DNA from: Felis catus
Lineage: Eukaryota
Direction of reading: 5' to 3'
Assembly (NCBI RefSeq): GCF_018350175.1
Contig: NC_058368.1
Location: forward strand, 25,980,001-26,044,000
Length of the DNA stretch: 64,000 nt
Shown: piece after piece, positions 49,630-61,004 of the stretch
Position numbering within the stretch: position 1 is the stretch's first letter
Layout: the number at the start of each line of letters is the position of its first letter
Translations under genes and position numbers: made by a program
The notes under the pieces: generated by a model
The model's database searches: none
Seen by the model: the letters and a program-made list of their open reading frames with translations, nothing else
Told to the model about the DNA's origin: nothing

Positions 49630-49802
49630 CTGGGCAGGTCCAGGGTTTCTGGGTCCTAAAGCATACACAATTTGGGGGTACATCTTTAAGGAAAAGAGTA
49701 AAAATGATGAACACAGAATTACGAATGACTTGATTTTGAAGGGGCCCCTTGCAAGTGAGAAGCCGGAAGTTCACACTTTGGGTCACACTGAATCTGTCCC
49801 TG
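49630..49802 (+). mobile_element. MER53-like hAT MITE
   Basis: gggcaggtccagggtttctgggtcctaaagcatacacaatttgggg...gaaggggccccttgcaagtgag. Confidence 0.75.
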
Positions 49803-49879
49803 AGTTTCCCTACAGAGAATTGAGAAGCCAAACCACCTTCAACCCCACTTCCTCAGAGAGTGTTAACACTTTTTGTTTT

Positions 49880-50304
49880 TAAATAATAGCTTTATTGAGA
49901 CACAGCTCACATAGGAAATAATTCACCTAAAGTATACAATTGGGTGGGTTTTTTTGGGTGTATTTACAGAATTTTGCAACCATCACCACAATCCATTCTA
50001 GACCATTCTATCACCTCAGAAAGAAGCCCTGTGCCCATCAGCAGTCACTAGCCACTTCCTCCAACATACCCAGTCCTAGGCAACCACTAATCTACTTTCT
50101 GTCTCAGAAGATTTGCCTGTTCTGGGCATTTGCTATAAATGGAATCACACAATATATGGCCTTTTGCGACTGGCTTCTTTCGCTTAACATAATGTTTTCA
50201 AGGTTCATCCATGTTGTAGCTTGCATTAAACTTTATTTTTTATTGTTTAATAATATTCCATTGTATGGATATACCACATTAAAAAAATGTTTTTATTTAT
50301 TTTT

Positions 50305-50344
<40 letters not shown>

Positions 50345-50490
50345 CAGAGGCCCTGATAGTACAGAGCCTGATGCGGGGCTTGAACTCACAAACTGTGAGA
50401 TCATGACCTGAGCCAAAGTTGGATGCTTAACTGACTGAGCCATCCAGGCACCCCTGGATATACCACATTTTAAATCCATTCATCAGTTAC
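49880..50490 (-). mobile_element. L1 (L1MA/MB-type) 3' UTR fragment interrupted by SINE
   Basis: agctttattgaga, ggcaaccactaatctactttctgtctc, ttcaaggttcatccatgttgtagc. Confidence 0.88.
50281..50454 (-). mobile_element. Can-SINE with internal deletion
   Basis: TSD tggatataccacatt. Confidence 0.9.
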
Positions 50491-50501
50491 TGTGTTAATT
50501 C

Positions 50502-50627
50502 TTTATTTTTAATTTTTATTTTTTTTATGTTCATTTAAGGTATGTCTACACTCAACATGGGGCTCAAACTCATGACCCCGAGATGAAGAGCTGCAGGCTC
50601 CTCTAACAGAGCCAGCCAGATGCCCCA
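50502..50627 (-). mobile_element. Short, older tRNA-derived carnivore SINE lacking the (CT)n block
   Basis: ggggctcaaactcatgaccccgagatgaagag...gagccagccagatgcccc; TSD tgtgttaattcttta. Confidence 0.85.
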
Positions 50628-50656
50628 ATGTGTTAATTCTTTAAAAACAGGGTGCA

Positions 50657-50884
50657 GGGGCGCCTGGGTGGCGCAGTCGGTTAAGCGTCCGACTTCAGCC
50701 AGGTCACGATCTCACGGTCCGTGAGTTCGAGCCCCGCGTCAGGCTCTGGGCTGATGGCTCGGAGCCTGGAGCCTGTTTCCGATTCTGTGTCTCCCTCTCT
50801 CTCTGCCCCTCCCCCGTTCATGCTCTGTCTCTCTCTGTCCCAAAAATAAATAAAAACGTTGAAAAAAAAATTAAAAAAAAAAAA
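50657..50884 (+). mobile_element. Can-SINE, youngest cat-type subfamily
   Basis: TSD taaaaacagggtgc 50642-50655 and 50885-50898. Confidence 0.97.
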
Positions 50885-50892
50885 TAAAAACA

Positions 50893-51112
50893 GGGTGCCT
50901 GGGTGGCTGAGTTGGTTGAGCATTGGACTTCGGCTCGGGTCATGATCTCATGGTTGGTGGGTTTGAGCCCCGCGTCGGGCTCTGTGCAGACAGCTCAGAG
51001 CCTGGAGCTTGCTTCAGATTCTGTGTCTCCCTCTCTGCCCCTGTCCTGCTCATGCTATGTCTCACTCTCTCTAGCAAGAATAAATAAACATAAAAAAAAA
51101 AAAAAAATTTTA
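50893..51112 (+). mobile_element. Can-SINE
   Basis: Full body and A tail. Confidence 0.93.
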
Positions 51113-51162
51113 AAGACCCTGGAGACACAACTGATGAAGTCCTTGAAGAAGAGGAAAATCCC

Positions 51163-51325
51163 TGGGGCTCCTAGGTGGCTCAGTCAGTTAAGCTACCTGA
51201 TTTCAGCTTAGGTCATGATCTCATGGTTCAAGAGATCTAGCCCCACATCAGGCTCTATGCTGACAGTGCAGAGCCTGCTTGGAATTCTCTCTCCCTCTCT
51301 CTCTCTCTGCCCCTCCCCTACTCTC

Positions 51326-51372
<47 letters not shown>

Positions 51373-51410
51373 CAAAAAACAAAAACCAAACATATAAGAA
51401 AAAAAAAAAG
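51163..51410 (+). mobile_element. Can-SINE with (TAAA)n tail
   Basis: TSD aagaag(a/g)ggaaaatcc; (TAAA)n ~51326-51371. Confidence 0.92.
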
Positions 51411-51856
51411 AAGGGGAAAATCCAGGTTTCAAAATACCATCCTTCACCTTCCCTCTCCTACTTCTTTACCTCTTCCCTCCTCTCCAGATTTTGGAAGTTA
51501 AGAGACAGAGCTGATGAACAAATCACTGTGACAATCCTTACGTGGAGTTCATAGCTCAGGGGCTCAAGGCCGACCCTGCCTGCAGGAAGGAGATGGGCTG
51601 GGAAGCCTTCGGTGGGATTTGCTCCAGGGCATGGGCCAGCCCTAGGCCAGCCCCAGGCCATTTCTGGACAGCCACAGTCTCTTGACCTGCTGGGTAAGTT
51701 CTAATCCCTGAAAGATGGAGAAGACTAAAAGTCTGAGGAATGCTCCACAGGCAGGCTGTGGTCGGGCTTCCTCTTGGGCTCCACCTCGAACCTCAGATTT
51801 ATGCCTGTGGCTTGGGGGCTGTGGTGGGGAATCCAGCCCAGCCGGGAGCTCAGAGC

Positions 51857-51872
51857 CCGCTGGAGGGCGCTA
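51857..51872 (+). promoter_or_regulatory. CTCF motif candidate
   Basis: ccgctggagggcgcta, close to CCRSYAGRKGGCGCTA, in non-repeat DNA with retained CpGs. Confidence 0.4.
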
Positions 51873-52109
51873 TTACAAGGCCCGTGGGCCAGAGGTCATT
51901 GAGTCTGATACTTCTCCCTGGCTTGCCAGACACTGGGGCACTTCTGAGCAGCTGACTTCTTGCTGTTAGCAAGGAAAAGAGTTTCCCTCTACTCTCTTAG
52001 AGTTACTTATCTCTCTGTCAGAGCGGCCAACGCAGGAAATGTTTCTCAGCCAACTGCTCTCTCCAGGTGGATCCCGAGGGGGCTGGACAAATCCTGAGCA
52101 CAGCCCCTG

Positions 52110-52760
52110 GCTGGTTGCAGAACAAACTCGGATACACTTGTCACAAGAGAAGCCAATAACTCAGGAGACAGTGGTTTGGAAAAGAGAAAGGGAGAACTTT
52201 ATTTGGGCAGCTGGGGGAGGTGACAGCCTCAAGCCTTAACAACTGAGATGGACGCCAGAGTTTTATAGGCAGATGTCTGGGGTTACAGTCAGAGGGCACG
52301 TGATCACAGGGTTGGGGGTGGGGTGTGTGTTCAGTGAGTGAGGATCGGGCAGGGAAGGGGACATCTGGGGTGTGGTCTTCTAGGTAATTCTGTTGCTAGG
52401 AGGCCTTTTCTGGCTGGGTCATGGTAAAACATTTTCATCAAGGCCAGGAGAAAGTGTAAGAAATTGGCACAATGGGTTTCAGCTAGAGCATGAGTTAAAT
52501 GGGCTTTTCTGTTTCTTTTTATTAAAAAAAATTTTTTTTAATGTTTATTTATTTTTGAGAGAGACAGAGCACAAGTAGGGGAGGGGCAGAGAGCAAGGGA
52601 GACACAGAATCTGAAGCAGGCTCCAGGCTCTGAGCTGTCAGCACAGAGCCCAAAGTGGGGCTCGAACCCATGAACCTCGAGATCATGACCTGAGTTGAAG
52701 TTGGCGCTCAATGGACTGAGCCACCCAGGTGCCCCTGGGCTTGTCTATTTCTGGTTTTAA
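52110..52760 (-). mobile_element. ERV LTR-like element interrupted by SINE, family uncertain
   Basis: Minus-strand AATAAA (~52198) and TATAAAA (~52261) in LTR order. Confidence 0.5.
52516..52735 (-). mobile_element. Can-SINE
   Basis: TSD tgggctt(t/g)tct(g/a)tttct. Confidence 0.94.
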
Positions 52761-52761
52761 C

Positions 52762-53298
52762 TGTAAGGGTCTACATTTGGGCAAGAGGACTTGCTGACTT
52801 TAGGTCTGGGCTGGGCCTGAGAAATGAACCAACAAAAAGGGAGATTAACAGGAGAGAATCGTACAGAGTTCGTTTGTTGTTAATATCTTATGTGGTAGGG
52901 GAGCCTTCGGAGGAAAGAAATGAAGATCCAAAGAAGGGGATCAGCCTGAGAGCTTATGTGGCAATTCAACGAAGAGTCATAAATCGTGGAGCTGTACCAA
53001 GACGAAGGAGAAAGGGGTTCGAGTTAGGGGTGATAAATTGTGGGAAAATGACTAGGAAATATATGGGGGGAAACTAAGGGAAGATAGGGAAGATAAGGAT
53101 GTACAGATTTATTTCAGCGTTGACTCCCAGTCTCGGGTGATAAGAATGTTCTCTTCTGGGACATGAAAGGGAAGTTTTGTTCTGACTTTCAGGTCAGAGA
53201 GGCCTTCCTGCGTGTGCTGTTTCTCAAGTGTCTTCAGCTCAAAATGATCAATATGCCACAGTGGCATATTTTGGAGTAGCGTCTTCTGATCCCCTACA
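52762..53298 (-). mobile_element. ERV1 LTR (MER34/MER39-like)
   Basis: Minus strand starts tgtaggggatcagaagacgctactccaaaatatgccactgtggcata. Confidence 0.8.
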
Positions 53299-53381
53299 CC
53301 AAGGAAGGATGTGGGCACCGTAAAGAACTGAGCGCCTACTATGGCCCAGGCACAATTCTAGGCTTTGGGAAAGAGCAGAGG

Positions 53382-53852
53382 AATGGTTAATTTTACGGAT
53401 CATAAATCTGGGCCAAGGGATGCCCAGATGGCGGTAAAACATTCTATCTGGGTGTGTGTACGAGGGTGTTTCCAAAAGAGATTAGCACTTGAATGGGTAG
53501 ACTGAATAAAGAAGATTGTCCTCACCATGCGAGTGGGCCCTATCCAAAATCTGGTCAGTTTGAATAGAACAAAGGGCAGAGGAAGGGTGAATTTTCTTAG
53601 ACATTTGTGTTCCTGGTTCTTAAGCTTTTAGGCTCAGAATGGGCCTTACCCCATTGGTCCTCTAGTTCTCAGACCTTCAGGTTTGGACTGAAACTATACC
53701 ACCAGCTTCCTTGGGCCTTCAGCTTGCAGATGGAAGGTGGTGGCACTTCTCAGCTTCCACAGTCATGTGAACCAATCCCTCATAATGATCTCTTTCTATA
53801 TATCTGTCGTATCTTATTGCTCCTGTTTCTCTGGAGAGCCCTGGCTAAGACA
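53382..53852 (+). mobile_element. ERVL LTR (MLT2-like)
   Basis: atggttaatttta, gagggtgtttccaaaagagattagca, ctgtttctctggagagccctggctaagaca. Confidence 0.85.
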
Positions 53853-53854
53853 AG

Positions 53855-54250
53855 TAATAAACAAATCAGTCAAAAATCTTTGCCCTCAAGGAGCTTAACC
53901 TCTTCATGAGAGAGGCAGTCAACAAAATTAAAAAAAAAAAAAAAAAGAATATTGGAGGTGACAAACACTATGGAGCAAAACAAAACAAAACAAAACAGAA
54001 CAGAGGGTTTGGAAATGTGAGGTATTATAATTCCAAAGAGGATTCTCAGGAGACATCTCACTGAGAAAGTAATATTCAAGCAAAGAACCGAAGGAGTGAG
54101 TTTTGTGCATATCTGCCAGAGGTGTCCCATGTAGAGAGATAACAAGTGCAAAGGGCCTGAGGTGGGAATATGCCTGGTGTGTTCAAGGAATAGAAGGGGG
54201 CCAGTGTAGCAGGCTACACTGGCAGAAAAGCCAAGGAAGAGCAGGTCTGA
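53855..54250 (-). mobile_element. L2 fragment
   Basis: tgccctcaaggagctta, ctcactgagaaagtaatattcaagcaaaga, aacaagtgcaaagggcctgaggtggga. Confidence 0.7.
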
Positions 54251-54454
54251 GCGCCAACCTCGGGATTGGCGCTGTGAGGTTACTGGTGACAAGATCAGTG
54301 TTAGTGAAAGGGGGGTGCAGAAGTCTTCTGGGAAGTCTTACGGGAATGGGGAAGAGGTAACTGTTGTATGCTGATAGAAATGCTCGGTAGAGAGATACTG
54401 ATGATGTGGAAGAGAGAGAATGGCTGGAGCCAGACACATGGGTGGGGCAGGCAT

Positions 54455-54820
54455 TGCTAGGGTCTGGATGTGTCCCCTCCCCCCACTTCCCCCCCAGCCT
54501 TCATATGTTGGAATCCTAATGGCCAATGTGATGGTATCAGGAGGTGGGGCTTTTGGGACGTGCTTAGGTCATAAAGATGGAGCCCTCATGCCTGGGATTA
54601 GCATTCTTTTAAAAGAGATCCCACAGAGCTTCCCCACCCTTCTACCATATTAGGATACAATGAGAAGTTGACAACCCAGAAGAGCGTTCTTACCAGAATC
54701 TAACCATGTTGGCACCTTAATCTTGGACTTCAGCCTCCAGAACTGTGAGCAAGACATTTCTGCTGTTTATAAGCCCCCAGTGTGTGGTATTTTGTAGAGC
54801 AGCCTGAGTGGACTAAGATG
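54455..54820 (+). mobile_element. ERVL-MaLR LTR (MLT1A0-like)
   Basis: ttcatatgttggaatcctaa, ggaggtggggcttttggga, cagcctccagaactgtgag, gcagcctgagtggactaaga. Confidence 0.88.
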
Positions 54821-55659
54821 GGCATAGAATGCAATCCTTAGGCAGGAGCAGGTCAGTTCTGTGGTAACAGAAGGGCAGGTGCACGGGGCAGGGGAGATCA
54901 GGGAGCTCTCTTGGGAGGGTTTTAGGTCTTTCCGTGAAACGGGAGCACCAGGCAAGAGGGCAGGGCTGGAGAGGGTAGGAGGTGGGAGGGGAAAGTGCCT
55001 GGTGGAGGTGCAGGACCAGGGGAGCTTGGTAGGACGGCCGGTCATGTTAAGGACCCACCGGAGCATTGCGATGATCCCAGTGTGTGCTCTTCTCCAGCCT
55101 GACTGCAGTTTTCAGGTAGGTGGAGGGTTGGGTTTTAGCAGGAAATGAGACTTGTCCAGTGAGACTAGTTATGAGAGAGTGAAGGTGGTTGTCAGGGTGG
55201 ATGAGGGAGTGATCTTGATTGACTCTTATTTTAATGATTGGCCGAGGGATTTAATAAAGGTAAAGGGATAAGTGGATGTGAGGGGGTTAAGATCAGTGGA
55301 TGCTGAACTTAAATGTGGATAACTAGAATGCAGTAGTGCTCTTCTGTTTGTTTTGGGCACTTGGAGAGATCAGCATAGTTGAAAAAGTATGGACTTGGGA
55401 ACCACACAGGTCTGTATGAGTTCAGCTCTTCAGCTCAGTAACTTAAGGGAGCTTAACCAAGTCTCACTTCTTCATCTGTAAAACAAGGCCCTCATTCTTC
55501 CCCAGCCAGGGTTATGTGAGGTATAATTTAGAAGACGCCCAGGAAGGCTTGCAGTGGGTAACCCTTGCCCATGGGGGGTCCTAATATCCATTCCAGGCCG
55601 GATGCTCTCCATTTCTTCTGAAACAAACTTCCATGTCCTCACCGGCCAGCAGTGAAAAT

Positions 55660-55712
55660 ATGCAAATGATTAGTCACATTAATCATTAGTCATTGCTAAT
55701 TGATTAGTCACG
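55660..55712. promoter_or_regulatory. Octamer plus three AP-1-like sites
   Basis: ATGCAAAT 55660; TTAGTCA at 55670, 55686, 55704. Confidence 0.45.
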
Positions 55713-55756
55713 TAAAGCACATTCTGAAGAGAGGGATTGATGGGGAGCTAGTTGTA

Positions 55757-55972
55757 TTTTTTAATGTCTTTCTTTAAAGTTTATTTTCATTTTGAGAGAG
55801 AGAGAGCGAGAGCATGAGCAGGGGAGGGGCAGAGGGAGAGGGAGAGAGGATCTCAAACAGGCTCTGTGCTGTCAGCGTGGAGCCTGATGCAAGGCTCGAT
55901 CACACAAATCACGAGATCATGACTGAAGTCAAGAGTTGGACATTTAAAACCGACTGAGCCACCCAGGTGCCC
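55757..55972 (-). mobile_element. Can-SINE
   Basis: Full body; flanked by agcta(g/a)tt. Confidence 0.92.
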
Positions 55973-57289
55973 TGAGAAGCTAATTTGAAAAAATAAAAAA
56001 AAAAGAAGGAAAGGATAAAAGGAGGCGGGGGGGGGGGGAAATGGGGAAAGGCCAGGAAAAAAAGAGATCAAAGGCGATAAAAGTTAATGAAGAGGAGGGG
56101 GAGAGGTGTTGAGAAAATCAGATGCAGTTTTGCCCAAGGAAGCAAGCTAATAGAGTCCTGTCAATTTCTGTGACTCAACTTTCCCTCCCCTTTACCTTCG
56201 GGACCTTCCTCCATTTAGTCTGAATGGCAAAGAGGCAGGAATGAGGCAGCAGGGCTATTCATCAGGTGTTGGACTTCATTCCAATGTTCACGCTAATGGA
56301 TTTAACTTCAAGATAAGGTCTTTCTTAAATAAAGAGGGGAAATGCTGGCACAGCAGGGAGTTGTTTGCTCTGGAGCCATTTGCGGTTTGAATGTTGTAAG
56401 GAGGCAGGTATAGATTAGATTAACACCTGGGAGCCACAGATCCACGGTAGGGAGGTATCGATGGCCTGGTCAGGGGGTGCAGAGGGCCCGGCGGGAGTGG
56501 GGCGGGGGGCAGTTAGTGGGCACTAATTGGCAGGAGGAGGGGGAATTGCCTGTTATCTCATGTATTTGGGGTTAGTTTGGTTCTGTCATTCTGTTCCCCC
56601 TCTCTTTCTTCCCCCTTTCTTCCTGGTTTCCCTGAGGTCCTGGCATAGTGTGCCTCTTGAAGCCCTGAGAGGTCTCCACAAAAAGAGGGAGTGAGTGAAA
56701 GCCCATAGTAGGGATGCTGGTGACATTGCAGGGAAGGAGAGGCAGCCGTGTTCCATATCGGCAGGAAGATTGGCACATGTCACCCCCTTCCCTCCCAGTC
56801 TACCTCCCATACCTCTCCATCACCTTCCCCACCCAGCTGGAATTAGAAAACCTGGGTGCCCACAGCTTGATGTTCCCACATCTGGCAGAGTACAGCGCTC
56901 ATGGTCCTGTTCTGCGATCGTTGGCTTACATCCTCCCCACCCCCACCCCACAGCGACTGCTCTGGACTTCACTCTTGTGTCTCTGGAACACAGCACAGTG
57001 CCTGTCACTTGGCTCAAGTCAGTTTCAGATTTGTCTTGAATCCGGAGGACTTCCTTAGTCTGCACAGGTTCATGCACTGTCCCTCCCCACTTACCGTAAT
57101 ACTTATCTTTTAAAAATGGTGTGTTCTGGGGCCTCTTGGTTTGAAGACAACCAGAATGTTCACCAGGAATGGTGGAACAGCATGAAGTTATATCCCTGGG
57201 GCAGAGGTACCAAGGCCCTGGTTGCATTCTTGTGTCTCTGCCCAGAGGTCACCTATAGCTTTGGAGGGCAATTCTCATACACTCCTGAG

Positions 57290-57838
57290 ACCGTCACCCT
57301 CTAAAGGGTCCCTGGGGGATCTCTTGGTATTCTTGCCTAGCATAACTTCCTCCCCTTGAGTGTGGGATGGACTTAGTGACTTATTTCTAATGCATAGTAT
57401 CCAACAAAAGTGATGGGGTGTCGCTTCTAAGATTAGGTTATAAATACTGTGATGTCTGTCATGCTTGCTCTCTCTCGCTCTCTTTGAGTGAGAAAGCCTG
57501 CTGCCCTACGGAAGGCCCATGGGGCAAGGAACTGAAGGAGGCCTTTGACCAACAGCTAGCGAGAAACTGAGGCCCTCAGCCCTTCACCCCGTGACGAACT
57601 GAATCCTGCCAACAGCCCCCCCAAGTGAGCCTGAAAGCCGATCCCCACACTGAACCTGGGGGCGCCTAGAGCTCCAGCTGAAACCCTGCTGCACTCTTAT
57701 AAAAGACCCTGAGCAGAATCCCCCAGCTAAGCTGTGCCTGCGTTGCCAGCCCCCAGAAGCTGGGATATAACAAATGTGGTTGCTTTAAGCCACTGAGTTT
57801 CAGGGAAATTTGTTATGCTGCCGTAGATAACTAACGCA
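57290..57838 (+). mobile_element. ERVL-MaLR LTR (MLT1E/F-like)
   Basis: ccccttgagtgtgggatggacttagtgact, gaactgaatcctgccaaca, tttaagccactgagtttcagggaaatttgttatgc. Confidence 0.85.
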
Positions 57839-57849
57839 ACTCACTTGTC

Positions 57850-58250
57850 TCTTTGGCTGCAACACCTGCGGCGCTATAACTGAGAGCTTTCTCTGGCCAC
57901 AGGAACATGCTTGGCCACATACGTGGCAGCCCAGAAGTGCCCTGGAGTTCATGTCCCCAGGAGAGGCCAGCCAGTGAGTTACGGAAGTCAATGGACAGAT
58001 GTTCCAGCTGCCTAATCCTTGGGGCACAATTCTAAAATGTGTTCTATACAGTCTGTCAGTCTCGCCTGGGCAAACTGAGCCATAGTTACACGTAGAGGTA
58101 ACCCATTCACTGAAACAGCCTTCATTGGCTTCTTCCCTTCCCTCATTTCCCCTACTGCTTACCATACTCCCTGGGATCACCACCCAAACAAACTGCTAGC
58201 ATCCAAATCCTTTTTCAGGATCTATATTTGGAGGAACCCAAACTCAGCTA
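57850..58250 (+). mobile_element. ERVL LTR (LTR16-like)
   Basis: ggggcacaattcta, ccttcattggcttcttcccttccc, ccctgggatcacc...aaactgctagcatccaaatcc. Confidence 0.65.
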
Positions 58251-58827
58251 AAACCTCTGTATGGTATTTTCCAAAAGTTTCGCTAAGGATGTAAAATAAC
58301 TAACAACCTCCAGCAGTTGTGTTCCATCCCACTATTTAAGGCAATGACGAATCTCCTCTAGATCAAGCTGAATCACAACAGGATTTGCCTGAGCACTTTT
58401 GCAACACTTTATATCTCTTCTCATTTCATAAATCTGCGTGGTTCTAAGAATCCTGGGACTTGTGTCAATGACAACCACAAACAACACGTGCTTTGGAGCA
58501 AATAGTGAAGCTGCGAGATTGGTCCCAAAGGATCCTGTGGATGTTGAAGCCAAAAGAAAGAGAGAATGGCTTGCGGTCTCTCCTTCTCACTGCGGAGTCC
58601 TTTATAGCTGGCTGTCTCAGTGCCGGCCACAGACCTGTTGAAATTAGGTCCCATCTATTGAAATTAGACTTTTTTCCTCCTCAAACCATTTCTGGGCTCC
58701 TTTCTTGAGGGTTAGTTGAAAACAGACTTACTGGCAGGATAAACATAACTGAAGGTTGGAAATCCTCTCTGGAATGAGCTGATGGGGAATGTGTGGAGGG
58801 AACATTTGAAATCTGTTGCTTCTTTTA

Positions 58828-59052
58828 CTTTTATTTATGCATTTTTTAAAAATGTTTTTGTTTATTTTTGAGAGACAGGGAGAGTACAAGCGGGGGAGGG
58901 TCAGAGAGAGAGGGAGACACAGAATCCAAAGCAGGCTCCAGGCTCTGAGCCAGCAGCACAGAGCCTGATGTAGGGCTCGAACTCATGAACTGTGAAATCA
59001 TGACCTGAGCCGATGTCAGATGCTTAACAGACTGAGCCACCCAGGCACCCCC
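58828..59052 (-). mobile_element. Can-SINE
   Basis: TSD tgttgcttctttta. Confidence 0.95.
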
Positions 59053-59093
59053 TGTTGCTTCTTTTAAAATAGCTACTGTGTATAACACTAGCC

Positions 59094-59302
59094 CAGTGGT
59101 TCTCAGTTGGGGGTGACTGTGTCTCCCTCTCTCAGGACATTTGCTAATATCTGGAGGCATTTTTGATTGTCACAACTTGGGGGAGGCAGGGAGCGGGTAG
59201 AGGGTAGGGAGGCTGCTAAGTATCCTGCATTTCACCGGACAGCACCACAGCAAAGGACCATCCGGCCCCAAGTGCCAAGAGTACTAAGGTTGAGAAACTC
59301 TG
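59094..59302 (+). mobile_element. MER20 hAT-Charlie MITE
   Basis: cagtggttctca...ggacatttgctaatatctggaggcatttttgattgtcacaac...aaggttgagaaactctg. Confidence 0.88.
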
Positions 59303-59522
59303 AACACCACAGCAATCTCTGAAAATAAAAGTGGGAGGATGTGGGTTTGTACGTAATGCTCTTGACAAATGAAACCAGTTTAGAAGGTCAAGAGCAAAGT
59401 TTTTTTTTTTTTTTTTTAAAGGTCAGAAGCTAGGAAGCATTTGTTTCGAAGGAGAAAGAACACAGTGGTTAGTGGATGGTTGTAAAGTCAAGTGGGTGTG
59501 AGCGGGACTCCAGGGTCTGTAC

Positions 59523-59710
59523 TTTTTTTTTTTTTTTTTGATGTTTATTTATTTATTTTGAAAGAGAGAGAGAGGCAGAGAGAGAATTCTAAGCAGCCTC
59601 CGTGCTGTCAGCGCGGAGCCCAATGTGGGGCTCGATCTCATGACTATGAGCTCATGATCTGGAGTCGAAGTTAAGAGTTGGATGCTTAACCGACTGGGCC
59701 ACTAGCTGCC
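59523..59710 (-). mobile_element. Can-SINE
   Basis: TSD ctgtacttt. Confidence 0.9.
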
Positions 59711-59888
59711 CTTGCTGTACTTTCCTGCTCTGAGACCATGAGCAAATGACCTCTTGAAGCATCTGTTTCCCTGATTGTGAAGTAGGTATAGTGATGGTGC
59801 CCGGCAGCCTCGTTGAGTTGCGATAACGAAATGAAATGAGCATGTAAAGCATCTGGTATAAAGCCTGGGGCTCCGTCAGCGCCCAATA

Positions 59889-59988
59889 CAGGGACACCTT
59901 CGATACTGTGGGTTGACCGGATTGCGATAAACTTTCAACTTGTGAAAAGTGCAGCGTCTGTGAAGTGCAAGGAAATGAGGTGCGCCTG
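59889..59988 (-). mobile_element. Miniature Tigger1-derived element
   Basis: TA flanks on both sides; minus strand caggcgcacctcattt...cttcacagacgctgc resembles the Tigger1 5' end, other end resembles the Tigger1 3' TIR. Confidence 0.7.
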
Positions 59989-60524
59989 TAACTGGAAGCA
60001 AGATAGAGCAGCTACAGGAAAGAGCAGGGGCCTGGAAACCAAGCCGAGCAGTGAGGAAGGGGAGCGTTCTGTTCCCAAAGTTATTCAGCATTAGGATGGA
60101 ATCCTCTCTGAAATCCTGCTTGTGGAATCATCACAGGATCTTCCCTGCCACCCAGAATTCTGCTGCCTAAATTCCTGCTGGGTTTGTTTTTCATTTCTCG
60201 AGATTTATTTCTTGAATGTAAATAAACAGTCCGGGGTTGGGGCCTGTGGAGGCCTTCATACAAACGAAAGCCTTCTCACCGGGAGCTGAAGCTCAGACAA
60301 GGAGGTCGCAGAGCCTGCCTCCCGCCCCACCTTCCCCGGTGCTCCTTAGGAGGACGCCTCGGGTTACCTCAGGAAAACAGCCTGCACAAATAAAGCGGCC
60401 AAAGACAAATAAACGCTGACCCTTCTTGGTCTAATATTGGAGGCATGAGGCCTCAGGAGGAGAATGAGTCCTTACAGGCAGGGAGGTCTCCTGGATGCAT
60501 CTGGTAGCGGGCCCCTGAGAAGGA

Positions 60525-60527
60525 CAT

Positions 60528-60564
<37 letters not shown>
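60525..60564. repeat. (CA)n microsatellite
   Basis: Directly visible. Confidence 0.95.
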
Positions 60565-60567
<3 letters not shown>

Positions 60568-61004
60568 GAACGGGGTAGTGGGGGTGAAGAGGGGGAGGAG
60601 GGGAGAGGATGTAGTTTTGGTCTTTTACGGGCCCTTCTTGGAGGGGGCATCCCATCACTTTTGCCAAGTTCTATGTATTAGAAGAAAGTCACTAAGTCCA
60701 GCCCACATTCCAGGGCAGGGGAATCTACAAGGGCGCGAATGCCAGGAGCCATTTTAAGAGCAGCTCACCACAAGTGTGGAATGTGGGACATAACACACCA
60801 TGCAGGCCCCGGTGGTCAGAGTTGACCACACCTTGCCCTCAGGGACGTGCATTGCTGCAGATCTGGGAGCTTGTGGGGTAACCTACGTTTTCAGAGGATT
60901 CACATTGGAGTGAAAGAGTAGCTCTGGTCTGTGGGGCCTGGAAACTACAGTCAGGAATATGGAGTCTCTCTAACCTTTCGTCTGGCCCATTTTTATCTCA
61001 AAGC

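Noticed and set aside
354..59160. Recurrent similar ORFs (MAQSVKxLTSAQVMISxFVSSSPxSGSVLTAQSLEPASDSVSPSLS) that look like a peptide family
   Set aside because: They are translations of Can-SINE copies, not genes
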